Origin: Eledone cirrhosa
Taxonomy: Eukaryota
Assembly: GCA_964016885.1 (NCBI GenBank)
Contig: OZ024743.1
Location: 244,962,001 to 245,026,000 of the forward strand
DNA length: 64,000 bases
Reading direction: 5' to 3'
Shown piece by piece: positions 27,130 to 43,626 of this stretch (positions are counted from its first letter, which is position 1; each line of letters starts with the position of its first letter). The notes under the pieces were generated by a model. The model was not told the origin of the DNA, ran no database searches, and saw only the letters and a list, made by a program, of their open reading frames with translations. The position numbers were made by a program, and so were the translations under genes.

Positions 27130-28638
27130 TTAAAAGAGGATAAGAAAACATTCACCCCTTCGTCTCCCGGGGATCAGGCCGCACGGTTTCCATGGGGGTG
27201 TTAGAGGAGTTGTCTGGGTGGGTGGTGGTTTCCGGCGGGGTGGGGACGGAGATGTTTGGTGGGGTGGGGTGGGGAAACTGTTTAAAAGGACGCGGTTAAT
27301 GGGTTTAACGCAAGGATTACCCACGTCCTTAGGAAAGTTTTCCTTTAAAGACTTATAGGTGTCCGTAGGGACCCTAATCATCTTTAAATTAGGTTTCTCT
27401 ACACAGTTCGAAAAAGTTTTCCCTTCGGTTTTCACCGAAGGGTCGTTGGAGATGACCTCCATTAAAGTTTTGTTTTTACTGTTTATGTATGTGTAATGTT
27501 CTTGTTGTGTTGCGGTGGTTTTTGTCTGTTGTTCTTGTGGGAGCTTTCGTTTTGTTGTAGGTGTTTGTGTTTGGAGTGATGTCGCGGTTTTGTTTTCGGG
27601 ACGGGGGGTTTTTGTTTGTAATGTTTGTGTTGTTTATGTTGGTGGTTGTATGTCTGTAGTGATGTTTGTTGTTTTTTTGTTCTTGTGGTGTCTTTTCTTC
27701 TTTCTTTTCGAACGGAGAGGCCTCGTCCGTTGTGGTGTCTGTGTTATTTGAAAGGGGTATGTTTTGGGGAGCTGTTGTGTTTGTGGGTGTTTTTGCAGTG
27801 GTTTTAGGTGGATCGGGGTTGGGTGGGACTGTGCTTGCAGGTTGGTTCGTTGTTCTTGTTTTGGTTGTGTTTGCGTGTTGTTGTTGTTGTGGTGGTGGTG
27901 GTGGTGGTGGTGGTGGTGGTTCTGTTGTTGTTTTGGGTGTTGGCAGTAGTGCCTCTTTTTTTTTTTAGTTAACTGAGGACAGTAAGCCTTCAGGTGTCCA
28001 CTGCTTAAACAGTGGTAACATGAAGGCCGCCTACCCTCAACAGAAATGTTTATGTGTGAAATTCCATCCAGAGGCACACGTTGGGGTATTTTAGCTATCC
28101 GTTCTGGCCTCATTTGGACCAGAACTTCCATGCTTGTACCATTGAATGTGCCTCTGGAGGACTTTCCCACCGAAATGATGGTGTCTTCGTCGAAATCGAT
28201 GAAGCCAGTTAGAATCCACCAGACGTTTACATTTGGTGCAATGTTCAAAATTTTAATCTTCTGGGTTCTTTTTCCCATATATGTGGGGAAAAAGGTGTAA
28301 AGGGGGGACACAATCGGCGATACAGAATATTTTTGTGCTGTCAATTGGTCTTTCAACAACACCGAAATGCTTCCAAAAAGTTTCCCTTTTTGGATGAAGG
28401 CAATATCCTTCATGGAATTCTTCAGAACCAGTTCAATATCTTTTGGGGATAACTGAACTGGTTTTTTCGACACATTTGAAACCGTCCTAAAAATTACTGT
28501 TTTTAGAACAGTTTCTCTGCGTAACTGTTGAGGAGAAGTGATGCTGAAAGCACCACTCTCACCAAAAGTTACATACTGTTTTGCATCGCTTAACATTTCC
28601 CTAGCATTGGAAATGTCAAGGTATGTGAACAGTTCCAT
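27130..28638 (-). pseudogene. Tx1/L1 ORF1 (gag-like, zinc knuckle), frameshifted
   Basis: EGRRPSCYHCLSSGHLKAYCP (CX2CX4HX4C). First Met inside the element is at 28638; the track ORF's N-terminal SL-repeat is (TC)n flank. Confidence 0.75.
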
Positions 28639-28880
28639 CTTTTGGACGGTTTGAGCAAAAGAAATCTTTTTCTTGTTTGTGGAGTTGTTCGTGTTGCTGT
28701 TGTTGTTGGTGGTGTTGTTGTTATCATTGTTGTTGTTGTTGGAGGTGGTGTTGTTGTTATCATTGTTGCTGTTGTTGTTCTTGTTGTCATTATTGTTGTT
28801 ATAGATAGATAGATAAAGATAGAGAGAGAGAGAAAGGGAAAGAGGGGAGAGAGGGAGGGGGAGAGACAAAGATAGGCAGA

Positions 28881-28914
<34 letters not shown>

Positions 28915-28985
28915 GACAGATAGATTGAGAGAGAGAAGAGGGGGAAGAGAGAGAGAAAGAGGGAGAGAGAGAGAAAGATAGATAG

Positions 28986-29114
<129 letters not shown>

Positions 29115-29629
29115 GCGAATGTTGCATTTAGACATTAGATCTCATTTTAACTTTGACCTAGTTATGGAAGCCCATAAATTTTAGTTCAATGGGAACGACG
29201 CATATTATAACTGATATATTATTTTAGCACAAAGCAGGAAATATTTTCGTACATAAAATTAATTAATTTATACATGATGTGACATGTTATGTAATTTTCC
29301 TCAAACACTAATTACAACTCTACTCAATTATATGATTTACACAGGAAACTTACTGATATTTTGACAGTCTAATTTCGTGAACAATTTTATGACATCGCCT
29401 ATAACAGTGGTTCTAATATACAGAACACATTTCTCCCCATGCGATCCCAGGTTTCCTCAATTCTTTCCCTATTTTGAATTGTTATCTAGTAATCTCCAAC
29501 CCCCACCCCACTCGCAAGCACCATATTAAGATGAGCAAACATTTCAAATCTCAAACAGGATTAAGTCCGAAGCAGTAATATTTTGTTAACGGTTTATTCT
29601 TATAGTTAACTATATTGGTATTTCATTTG

Positions 29630-29854
<225 letters not shown>

Positions 29855-29957
29855 TGTAAAAGCCCGACCGCGGTGCCAAGCGGTTTCGGCTTGTGTGTTC
29901 AGCAACCCACTCTAATTCTCCCCATTTATCGAGTACTCACATGATTAGTGATCTCGA

Positions 29958-30032
<75 letters not shown>

Positions 30033-30584
30033 TATATATATATATCAAATCATATCAAACTCCAATCCACCATTTGCCTCCATCATGGATCAACTAAGCA
30101 CTCTTGCTATATTAACACATTTTGAACTGCTTATCTTCAAGAACTATGCCTGTAAATAACATTATTTTTTCTTGCACATTGCCTTATTATGCTCCACATT
30201 ACGCCCCTATTTTTCTTTTTTCTTTTCATTACATAAACCTTGTTTGTAAATAACATTATTCTTTCTGCACCATTTCATTAACATGTCCAACACCACCATT
30301 CTACACCAATACATATTATTATCATTTGATAATGCATAAAAATGCTGAAACCGGTAATAGACAATTATTAAATATATAATTAAATAAATAAATTCCATTG
30401 TTAATTAATAAATAAATCAACTAATATCTTAACACTTCACACAAAGTGAAATATTTCGTTTTAATCATTTTCTAACCCAGAAAAAAGAGAGAAAAAATAA
30501 AAGAGGAAAAAAATATCTTTTTCTTCCTAATAATCGTCTTTTTCTCCCTGTTTTCATATATATATATATATAAATTCAGAAACG

Positions 30585-30633
<49 letters not shown>

Positions 30634-30636
<3 letters not shown>

Positions 30637-31787
30637 ATAATAATAAATTTGAAGACTAAAATCCAAAGAGGGCTCGATAAGGATAAATATATATCAAATA
30701 TATAAGAACCGTAGAGCAAATATTTATTAAAATAACAGATTAAAGTTTAAGCAAAGAATCGCTGCTTTCACCCTTAACGGGATCTTCTGAAACTAACAAA
30801 GTAAATCTGTGAACGCAGAAGTGAATATTTCAAAAAATGTTGCAACCGGAGGAAGACAGGAAGACGATACTTTGGTTCGTGGAAACGTTCCCTGGCAAAG
30901 AACGGGAAAAAACGAATATAATACGTCATTATTTGGAGCGGTGAAAAACAATTACACGCAAAGACAGAACCACGTTTATGGTATAAAGGAGTCGTAGACT
31001 AATGTTCTCTTAGGTGGTTCATAGAGACGTTCTCTGGCAATGAACGGAAAAATCGAAGATAATACGTCGTATGTGGATCGTGGAGAACAATTGCACGCAA
31101 AGTCAAAACCAAAACCGTAAATGGTATAACTGAAGTCGTAGACTAAAATTCTAACTAGGAAACCGAATGATTCTCGGCTTCAGAGTTAAGAATAAAGTAA
31201 ATAAAATACAGAGGTAATTGAAATTAAATAAATACATACACGCATCCATATTCGTACATACACAAGCATACGCGAAAACACTCGCCATAGGTATACAAAT
31301 ACACGCACGTACACAAAAAAACAAAACAAAACAAAAACAAACAAACCCGCACGCATACAGAACCCACGCAACGCCTGTACCCGCACGTATACGAATGTAT
31401 ACACCAATTACACATAAAAATATATATTAAAAAAATATATATATATATATATATGTGGGTGTGCGTGTATACATATAATTAAATAAACGTATATAAATAA
31501 ATAAATACGTACACATACCTACATGTTCGTTTTTTCTCGTTCTTTGCCAGGGAACGTCAGGGAACGTTTCCACGAACCAAAGTATCGTCTTCCTGTCTTC
31601 CTCGGTTGCAACGTTTTTTGAAATATCCACTTCTGCGTTTACAGATTGACTTTGTTAGTTTCAGAAGATCCCGTTAAGGGTGAAAGCTTAAACTTTAATC
31701 TGTTATTTTAATAAATATTTGCTCTACGGTTCTTATATATTTGATATATATTTATCCATATCGAGCCCTCTTTATTATTATTACTAT
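30634..31787. mobile_element. Non-coding fold-back derivative of the 13680 PLE 3' UTR
   Basis: 30634-31520 is an inverted copy of the ~16350-17145 region. 31525-31787 is a direct copy of ~16860-17145 with deletions. Flanked by (TA)n. Confidence 0.85.
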
Positions 31788-31812
31788 ATATATATATGTA
31801 TGTATATATATG

Positions 31813-31880
<68 letters not shown>

Positions 31881-31884
<4 letters not shown>

Positions 31885-33458
31885 ATCAAAAGATGGTTAA
31901 AGGAGTTCCATATATTTTATTATGCGCATTTCAAAAACAAACATCATCAAGCAATAATATTTGTGTTTTCATCAGATAAAACAGGAGAACATGATATGAA
32001 GGCTAAAAAACACTTGTTGATAGTGCAGTTTTAAATCAACATATGAAAAGTGGTTTTAGATTGATGTGTGATATTGGGAAAAATATTTTATTTAGAGAGG
32101 GGGGGGGGGATGAAAAGGGAAGGAGATGAGAGGGAGAGATGGGTGATAGAGAGAAAGAGATAGTTTTTATAACTGAGAGGAGATATATTTTTTACATAGA
32201 GGGGTTGAAAACCGTTGGAAGATACTGTATAAATTAAAAATTTTGAAAATTAACGAAGGGAGGATATGTGCGAGGAAAAAATATTTTATTTAGGGAGGGG
32301 GGGGGGGGAAAGGGGGGAGGAGATGAGAGTGAAGGTGGAGAGGGAGAGATGGGTGATAGAGAGAAAGAGATAGTTTTTATAACTGAGAAAAAGATATATT
32401 GTTTTAATATAGAGAGGTTGGGAACCGTTGGAAGATAATGTATAAATTAAAGGAATTTGAAAATTAACGAAGGGAAATTATGTATGAAGATAGAGAGAAA
32501 AAAATAATAATTGTGGGTGAATATTCTAACGTCAAAAGAAGAAATGTATGTATTGTGGCAATTTCAAAATTAGTGAAGAGAAAAATTGTTATGGTTTGTG
32601 TGTAGAAGGATTTGAGAAAAATAATGTGAAGTTAAAGTTTGTATATTGAATTGATATGTATTAATAATGAGTTCGTTGATGGGGAGAAAAAAATAATAAT
32701 AAATTAAGGATGAAATTGAGATTAAGAAGATTTATGATAGAGAGAAAAAATAATAATGATTGCGGATGAATATTCAAAATGTCAAAAACAAATGTTATTA
32801 TTTTACGAGAAGATAGAATGAGGGTAATGAGTAAACGAGTATTATAGAGTGTATAATGCCCTTTAAAGTAAGGTAAGGTAGATGGGTATATTTTAAAGAG
32901 GTGTATGTATATGTGCCTTTGAGAAAAGATTCTAAATTGATAAAGAATTGAATATTAACTGTATACTTTGTGAAAAGTTCTATGGAATTTATGCAGGCAG
33001 ATAGAAAACAAATCTGAGCGTCTGTTTATTATAGAATCTAGGTTAGAGATAATGGTAAATTTTTCATTTAGGCAGAGATTACAGATTTTAGATAGAGAGC
33101 TGTTCAAGTATGAGGATGCAGAAGAAATCTTTTTCCAAAAGATGTTATATTTAATGTTTTGTCTTTTAAGGACCATATGAGTTCTGAGAGAGCAGTGTTA
33201 GTTCTTTTAAGTTTGTATTTGAAAGATGAATGATGATTATAGAGACGAGCTTTAAAAGAGGTGGAAGTGGAGCCAAAATAGGTGAAGCCAAATATTATTG
33301 CTTGATGATGTTTGTTTTTGAAATGCGCATAATAAAATATATGGAACTCCTTTAACCATCTTTTGATCTTATATTATGCATACTCCAGTCCCACAAACTG
33401 TGGAGTGCTTCTTATCCGATATCTGCATTGCTTTATTGTACTACAATAAAACTCACCT

Positions 33459-33460
<2 letters not shown>
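31881..33460 (-). mobile_element. 5'-truncated Naiad-like PLE with inverted terminal pLTR copy
   Basis: 32955-33288 (-) encodes a GIY-YIG C-terminus (YFGSTSTSFKARLYNH..CNLCLNEK..INRRSDLFSICLH). 31881-31963 is an inverted copy of 33289-33371. Both ends abut (TA)n. Confidence 0.85.
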
Positions 33461-33515
<55 letters not shown>

Positions 33516-33532
33516 ATATATATATGTGTATG

Positions 33533-33563
<31 letters not shown>

Positions 33564-33592
33564 GTATGTATATATGTATATATGTATTTATG

Positions 33593-34104
33593 TCAGGTCA
33601 CCAGCCGGTGCTACTGGTAACATGTATCCCAGTACAACCTGTCTCATGGTCGGGTCGTTGGCGACTAAACTGGCAGCCCCACCAAGGTTTCTTGGTGAGG
33701 AGGGTGACTTTGGACATCCTGCAGGACTAAAAACAAAACCTGTCAAAGGTCAAAGGAGCTCTTAAGAGTCAATGGCCATCCAAAATCACCGGGAGAGATG
33801 ACCCCTTAGCCTTTGTCAAGGCAGAATTCTAGGAGAAGGAAAACTCTGATATAACACCTGCAACCCTGATGGTATCCAATGATGTTGACTTGTTCTTCTT
33901 TTTGGTAAATATCATCTTGGTTAAGAGAGTGGGACTGGCTTTGTGCAGTGCCTTTGCTCACTATAAAAGATTCACGTCACAGGCATTGCTTTATATCTGG
34001 AGATCTCTCTGCACTTGTCACATGGGTCCAGCACTATGTGTCAATAATTGTACTTACATGGATATAAAGTAGTGGCCGTACTCGAAAACGAGTTGGCAGC
34101 CACC

Positions 34105-34105
<1 letters not shown>
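33593..34105 (+). mobile_element. RTE 5'-UTR-like interspersed repeat
   Basis: ctaggagaaggaaaactctg motif, with a related sequence at ~6010-6075 (-). 33953-34050 recurs at 41799-41905. Confidence 0.45.
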
Positions 34106-34156
<51 letters not shown>

Positions 34157-34195
34157 ATATATATATATGTATATATATATATGTATATATATATA

Positions 34196-34234
<39 letters not shown>

Positions 34235-34259
34235 ATATATATATATATGTATATATATA

Positions 34260-34321
<62 letters not shown>

Positions 34322-34494
34322 CATATATATATACATACATATTTATATGTGTATATATATATATATGTATGTATGTATATATATGTATATGTATATATAT
34401 ATATATGTTTGGACGATCGACTTTCGTCAAATAGGACCGAGGGAACAATGTTTCCGTTGGTCTTTCCAATTGCTAATACTATCTATCGGTCGCA

Positions 34495-34625
34495 ACTCCA
34501 GGTAGAAGGAGCAACGTGAAATAAAGTGTCTTGCTCAAGGACATAACGCATCGCCTGGTCCAGGAATCGAACTCACAACCTTACGATTGCGAATCCAATT
34601 CTCTAACCACTCAGCCACACGCCTT
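34495..34625 (-). mobile_element. tRNA-derived CORE-like SINE, family B (also ~5460-5612, 48452-48580, 49130-49372, 59100-59400)
   Basis: Minus strand: ggcgtgtggctgagtggttag (A box), gagttcgattc (B box), tgtccttgagcaagacactttatttcacgttgctcc (CORE-like). Confidence 0.75.
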
Positions 34626-34674
<49 letters not shown>

Positions 34675-34683
34675 ATATATATG

Positions 34684-34758
<75 letters not shown>

Positions 34759-34769
34759 ATATATGTATG

Positions 34770-37283
<2,514 letters not shown>

Positions 37284-38136
37284 CGTTTCTGAATTTGTTT
37301 AGCAAGATTCTTTATCTGAAAACGTGTGTTGAAACCGATATTGTTATACTTTGGGAGGGTCATGTTGCCAATAAGAAACACACGCACCAGTTGCTTTCAC
37401 TTCAATATATTATAATAAATTTATAAATTTAGGAATTTATAAATTTCCGGTTGGTTGATTGGTTCTACAACCAGATGATTGTTTATATACTGCACAGAAA
37501 TAACGGAAGGTAATAGGATTGAAAGGAGAAGGGAGACTATGGACAGAGAAAATAACCAAGACGAACACACAGACACACAAAATAGAGTAGATAATAACAA
37601 TGAGCCAGAGGAAAGAGACAGAAGTAATAATGAGAGACATAGAAACAACCATGAGGCTGTTGGTGGAAATAGAAATAGAAACAACACAACCAACAATAAC
37701 AACAGCACTAGTACACATAAAGCAGCAGCCTGGAACTCTACTTTTTATAATCCCTCCGATAAGTCAATCGACCTGCGACGAGTCCACGCCACGACTTTAG
37801 CTTTTAACAAACACCGATGTAAGAAGATTACAGCTCACCAAAAAGAAAGCAGATAGGCTAAAACGAACACTAATTCTAAACATAAAAAAGAAGATTTATA
37901 GAGAATTAAGTCATCAAGAAAAACATAAGCGTAACATAATACAAGAAATAACTAAGATCACCACACCAAGAGAAAAACTAATATTTATAAACCTTATATG
38001 TCCTGAAGAACAGTACATTGTTCAAGAATGTGACAAGCACTTTAACAAGAAACTAAAGTGGCTCAAACAGATAAAACTAAATCAAGATACTTTAGAGAAT
38101 ATCAATAGATATCCCGACAAAATTGACGGTATAAAT

Positions 38137-41100
38137 ATGACCGAAATCTCATCAACAGATGAATTCAACAACAACAACACAAATATATACGGCAACACTA
38201 CGGTCGACTCTGATGAATTATCTGTATTACAACTGCCACCTAAGTATGCCACATTTAATAAGGTAAATATGACTAAATGCTTGTCAGAAATAGAAAAATC
38301 ATTTACAAAATTACGTTGGAGTCTCAAAAACAAAAACAAAAACAAAAACAAAAGTAACAACATACGCACACACACACACATATACAACACACATCCCAAC
38401 AACAACAGACACACAGACACAAACAACAATAACAACAACACACACATCAACAATAATAACATACTCAGAAACAACAACAACAGACACGCAGACACAAACA
38501 ACAATAACAACACACACAACAATAATAACATACACGGAGACAACAACAACACACATCAACAACAACAACAACAACACACACACATTCAATGCCTCTCACC
38601 ACCACCACAATCTTAACAAACACACAGACACAGAAAAAAGGTAATGACAGTAGCACAGAAATAAGAGAAGGTAATAGGATTGAAAGGAGAAGGGAGACTA
38701 TGGACAGAGAAAATAACCAAGACGAACACACAGACACACAAAATAGAGTAGATAATAACAATGAGCCAGAGGAAAGAGACAGGAGTAATAATGAGAGGCA
38801 TAGAAACAACCATGAGGCTGTTGGTAGAAATAGAAATAGAAACAACACAACCAACAATAACAATAGCACTAGTACACATAAAGCAGCAGCCTGGAACTCT
38901 ACTTTTTATAATCCCTCCGATAAGTCGTTCGACCTGCGACGAGTCCACGCCACGACTTTAGCTTTTAACAAACGCACGCAATTGCCGTCGCAGGTCGATG
39001 AACAAACAGAAGCACAATTTAGTATAGCTAGATCTAAAATTAGAAATATTATAGAACAGTATAGAAAGAAACATGATAGAATGGAGGCCCAGCAACTGGG
39101 AGAAAAATCTGCAAATGGCTTGCGTAAGCTCATGCAGCGCTCGCGTAATGGAGAGATAGCATGCTTTCAAACAGACAAGTCTGGCAGAATGTCGGTTGAC
39201 AGTCTGCCAAACTACATCCAGGCAATGCAACCCCACATCACTAACACAAGAGAAGTAACACCACAAGAGCATGAGGATAGAGAAAAAGCCCTCAATGCCC
39301 ATATGATGATGTGGACAAAGATAATGTAGCCTAACAAAAGGACTGCCAACAACTTCCAGGCCTGGAACAATGACGTGCCGGCGTTGTATGGGCTTCGAAA
39401 AGACCATAAAACGAGCAGTGACCCTGTCACAGGACCACCAACACGGCCAGTCTGTGGAGCTAACATTGCTAGTAACTACAGACTGTCCTACTTCCTCTCC
39501 CTGATCATACGCCCCATCATTGAAATGTCCACAGATGTATGTGACAGCACGGAGGACCTCCTCAGCAGAATCGGCGAGAGTAACCGATCTAGGGACCTAA
39601 CAAACTGCATAATAGGTAGTATGGATGTTGTGTCCCTGTATCCATCTATTGACGTGGATTTTGCTGTGGAGAAATGCGTAGAAATGATCAGTGAGAGCAA
39701 TGTTGAATTCCGTGGGATTGATACCAGTGAGCTGGGACTCCTACTTAAACTTACCTATAGTAATAATTATCTAGACACATATGACCTTAGCAACCTGTGC
39801 CCTACAAGACCAGCAAAAGGCAGACCACCTACCATTACCTCAATGGCCAAGAAAAACCACGCAGATAGATGGAACGGGTGGACCAGAGCCATACGGACCC
39901 CCGAAAACCACGATGAACTAAAGAAAATGATTGCACATACGGTGAGGGCCAGCATAAAATTAACCCTTAAGGAACATATGTTCAAATTTAATGGAAAAAC
40001 ATATGCCCAAGAGGAGGGAGCAGCCATTGGTGTTAGCATTGCAGGCGACATAGCTAACCTATTCATGGTATGGTGGGACAGTAGACTTAAACTTAAACTT
40101 AAAGAACAATGAGAAGACCCCTTAACCCTGATAATGTACTCCCGCTACGTTGATGATATAAACATCGTAGTTAAAACACCCCCACTAGAGAACAGTCAGG
40201 AATTAGAGAAAAACACAATGGAAAGCATCCAGCAAATAGCTAACTCCATCCACCAGAGTATTAGAGTTACTATAGATTACCCAAGCAAACACCCCAACCA
40301 TCGATTACCTGTACTAGAAGCAGAGCTCTGGTTAGATACCATTAATAACAAAAAACAAATCCTCCATTCCCATTATGCCAAACCCATGACTTCCAAATAT
40401 CTGATCCACCGAAACTCAGCTGTTTCGGACCATACCAAAATCAACATACTGATTGCGGATTTGGTACGGGTGATGAGAAACGTGTCCCGCATGTGCAACC
40501 CCGAAGAACTAGAGAGACATACAACACTTCATCCACCGTATGCAGTTCTCTGGTTACAATCAGAGAGATAAAATCAGAGTGTATAGAGGAGCCAGAACCA
40601 AATGGGAAAAAATGGTAAATAATGACACAAATGGGACCTGCCCCTTGTATAGGAGCAAATTTTGGAATAGAATAGAAAGAACTAGGAATAAGGCTAATAG
40701 AATAAACTCATGGTATGATAGCAATAAATACCAGAGTGTAATGTTCATCGATACAACCCCTAGAGGTGAATTAGCTTACAAATTTAGAAGGGCCCTAGAT
40801 AAACATAAACTCAATATTAAGATAGTAGAAAGACCAGGTACCGCCATAAAAACACTTATTAGCAAGACATACCCTTTTCAAAGACCTCCCTGTATAGATA
40901 AGAAATGTATAATCTGTAAATTAAGCCCCCATATTAACTGTAAAACTAGAAATGTAGTATATAGCATAAGATGTACTGAAGGACAATGTAGAGATAAAAA
41001 TATAGTGTACATAGGTGAGACAGCTCGTAGTATAGGGGAACGGATAAATGAACACTGGCGAGACCTTCAAGATAGTAAAGAATCATCTGTACTCTACCAA

Positions 41101-41229
41101 CATGCTAAAATAGAACATAAGGGTAAATTAGAGAGCATAGAAATAAAAATAGAATCTACACACAGAAAAGACGCAATGTTTAGACAAATCACAGAGGGAA
41201 TGAACATAAATGAATTACAACCAAATTAA
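38137..41229 (+). pseudogene. PLE RT / GIY-YIG polyprotein with in-frame stops (39327 TAG, 40110 TGA) and frameshifts
   Basis: LQLPPKYA, TDKSGR, LYGLRKDHK..PTRPVC, GSMDVVSLYPSI, GAAIG, RYVDD, HYAKPM, CIDKKCIIC..CKTRNVVYSIRC..YIGETARSIGERINEH. Confidence 0.9.
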
Positions 41230-41475
41230 ATAGAAAACATGAATGGAACAGCAACATCACAACTTACAATTAAGGACAAAATGAAAACACACACGCACAT
41301 AGAACAAACAACCAACCAGTAACATATAAATAAACAAATAAATAAACGAATATAAACACACACAGACACCCGGATGTAACACATGCGCAAACTAAGCACA
41401 CAACACACACACAAAAACAAGATGGCGTAGGACAGAACAAAGGAGAGGCACAAAAAACAAAGAAAAGAATCCCCA

Positions 41476-41518
41476 GTCACTGAAGAGGTCACAGAATGTG
41501 TGACGAAAGAACTTTGAC
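41476..41518 (+). ncRNA. Minimal type I hammerhead ribozyme in PLE 3' pLTR
   Basis: Stem I gtca/tgac; canonical core CUGAAGA; stem II gtcac-agaatgt-gtgac; GAAA; minimal stem III AG-AA-CU; predicted cleavage after 41514. Confidence 0.8.
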
Positions 41519-41663
41519 AATATATAAACAACCATCTGGTTGTGGAACCAACCAACCAGCCGGAAATTTATAAATTCCTAAATTTATAAATTTATTATAA
41601 TAAATTGAAGTGAAACAACCCGTGCGTGTGTTTCTCATTGGCAACATGACCCTCCCAAAGTAT

Positions 41664-41755
<92 letters not shown>

Positions 41756-42734
41756 ATGTATGTATGTATGTATGTATGTATGTATATATGTATGTATATT
41801 TGCTCACTATAAAAGCTTCACGGCACAGGCTTTGCTTTATATCTGGAGATCTCTCTGCACTTGTCACATGGTACCATGGGCCCAACACTATGTGTCAATA
41901 ATTGCATCAATAATTAATATTTGATGAACATTTACATGTTATAGTTGCAATTGACTAATAAGATCGCTAGAGTGAAAAATCTTAATTCAACAACATAAGG
42001 TCTGCCTGTACGATCTAGAAAATAATAAATCAATACGCACAGACTCATTAGTCAATTGCAACTATAACATGTAAATATTCATCAAATATTAATTTATACT
42101 GCTCAGAAGCGATTCCTAGAGCTGAAATGATTGTAAATGACCTCTCTGAGTCTAAACTCTAAGCTATTTATCACTGCTTCCCCAGGTGAGCTGAATTTTG
42201 TAATCCCATATAAACGGCTGTTATTTCTAGCACTATGTGTGGGAGGTTAGAGGACTGGAATAAGCCGTGTGCAAAACCTCGTGTATTTTCGCTACGCTAA
42301 CCAGACCTTAGATATTTTTCTAAGGTTGAGTTATTTTATTTTTATCTGGGTACCTATTGATAAACACAGAAAAAGTTGATTAACTCACTGCTAATTAGTT
42401 AATTATTTTACTATTATACCATCCTTTGTGAAACATGTTTGAAGTTTGAAGTTCTGACCGATCTGCGGAAAAAGTCTGTATTTTGAATTTTAAACGTGTC
42501 TAGGTACCAAGGCTTTTTGCCCATATGAGTCTGTGAGTATTGATTTATTTATTATTTTCTAGATCGTACAGGCAGACCTTATGTTGTTGAATTAAGATTT
42601 TTCACTCTAGCGATCTTATTAGTCAATTGCAACTATAACATGTAAATGTTCATCAAATATTAATTTATACTGCTCAGAAGCGATTCCTAGAGCTGAAATG
42701 ATTGTAAATGACCTCTCTGAGTCTAAACTCTAAG

Positions 42735-42852
<118 letters not shown>

Positions 42853-43572
42853 ATATGTATGTATATATATATGTATGTGTATATATGTATACAGGGTGAG
42901 GACGATATTTGTTCGCAATTTTCAACTGCTAATTTTATGCAAATATTTTTTACTTCCGTTGTCACTCTTGTCTTCATAAAAACAGTTACTATATTTCCAT
43001 TATTTATTTTCAGAATAATTGATTATGAATAATTTCGAACCTCCAAATTTGTGGAAGAGACACGGAGTTCTTCTTGGAATCGGCGCCGGGAGGACAAATA
43101 AGGAAATTTCAGACTTTCTCAGCGTCTGCAGGAGAATGGTGTCTCATCCAAAGACGTGCCCAGAGTCATGCAGACGAAAGTTTTCCTGGAGTTTTTAATA
43201 TTATTCAAAATGTTATCAAATGAAAAATATTCGCATAATCAAAATATATACTTTATTATATATACTTTAGTATATATATAATAAAGTATATATTTTGATT
43301 ATGCGAATATTTTTCATATCAACCAATTGGAAAAAAATGTCTTTATATAAAAATAACATGTTGATCGAAGCTGAAGCTGCAATAGAGTAGCCACCAGTCG
43401 AATTATGTGAGGCAGTCCCTAAGCACTCAGTGGTGCGAGAAATGAAAAAATTTCTCCATTAGTGAACACATTAAGTTATATGAAGGAGACAATGAATAAC
43501 ATATCAACCAGGCATATGTAGCCCTAGTATATAACACAACCATACACACGTGAGTGTGTCTATGTATATATA

Positions 43573-43626
<54 letters not shown>

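Larger units (their letters stand above)
23456..28800 (-). mobile_element. Full-length Tx1/L1-clade non-LTR retrotransposon flanked by (GATA)n
   Basis: ORF1 with a CCHC knuckle, ORF2 with APE, RT and a C-terminal Cys/His motif. AATAAA (23462-23467, minus) lies just before (TATC)n, and the 5' end abuts (TATC)n/(TC)n. Confidence 0.92.

Noticed and set aside
24051-28300. Plus-strand and alternative-frame ORFs over the Tx1 element
   Set aside because: Shadow ORFs of GC-rich ORF1/ORF2.
33770-33850. HDV-like ribozyme in the RTE-like 5' UTR
   Set aside because: Only a P1-like pairing was visible; the nested double pseudoknot could not be assembled by eye.
40110-40112. In-frame TGA in the second PLE as selenocysteine
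   Set aside because: Not at an evident conserved Cys, and the same copy has a TAG and frameshifts, so ordinary decay is more likely.
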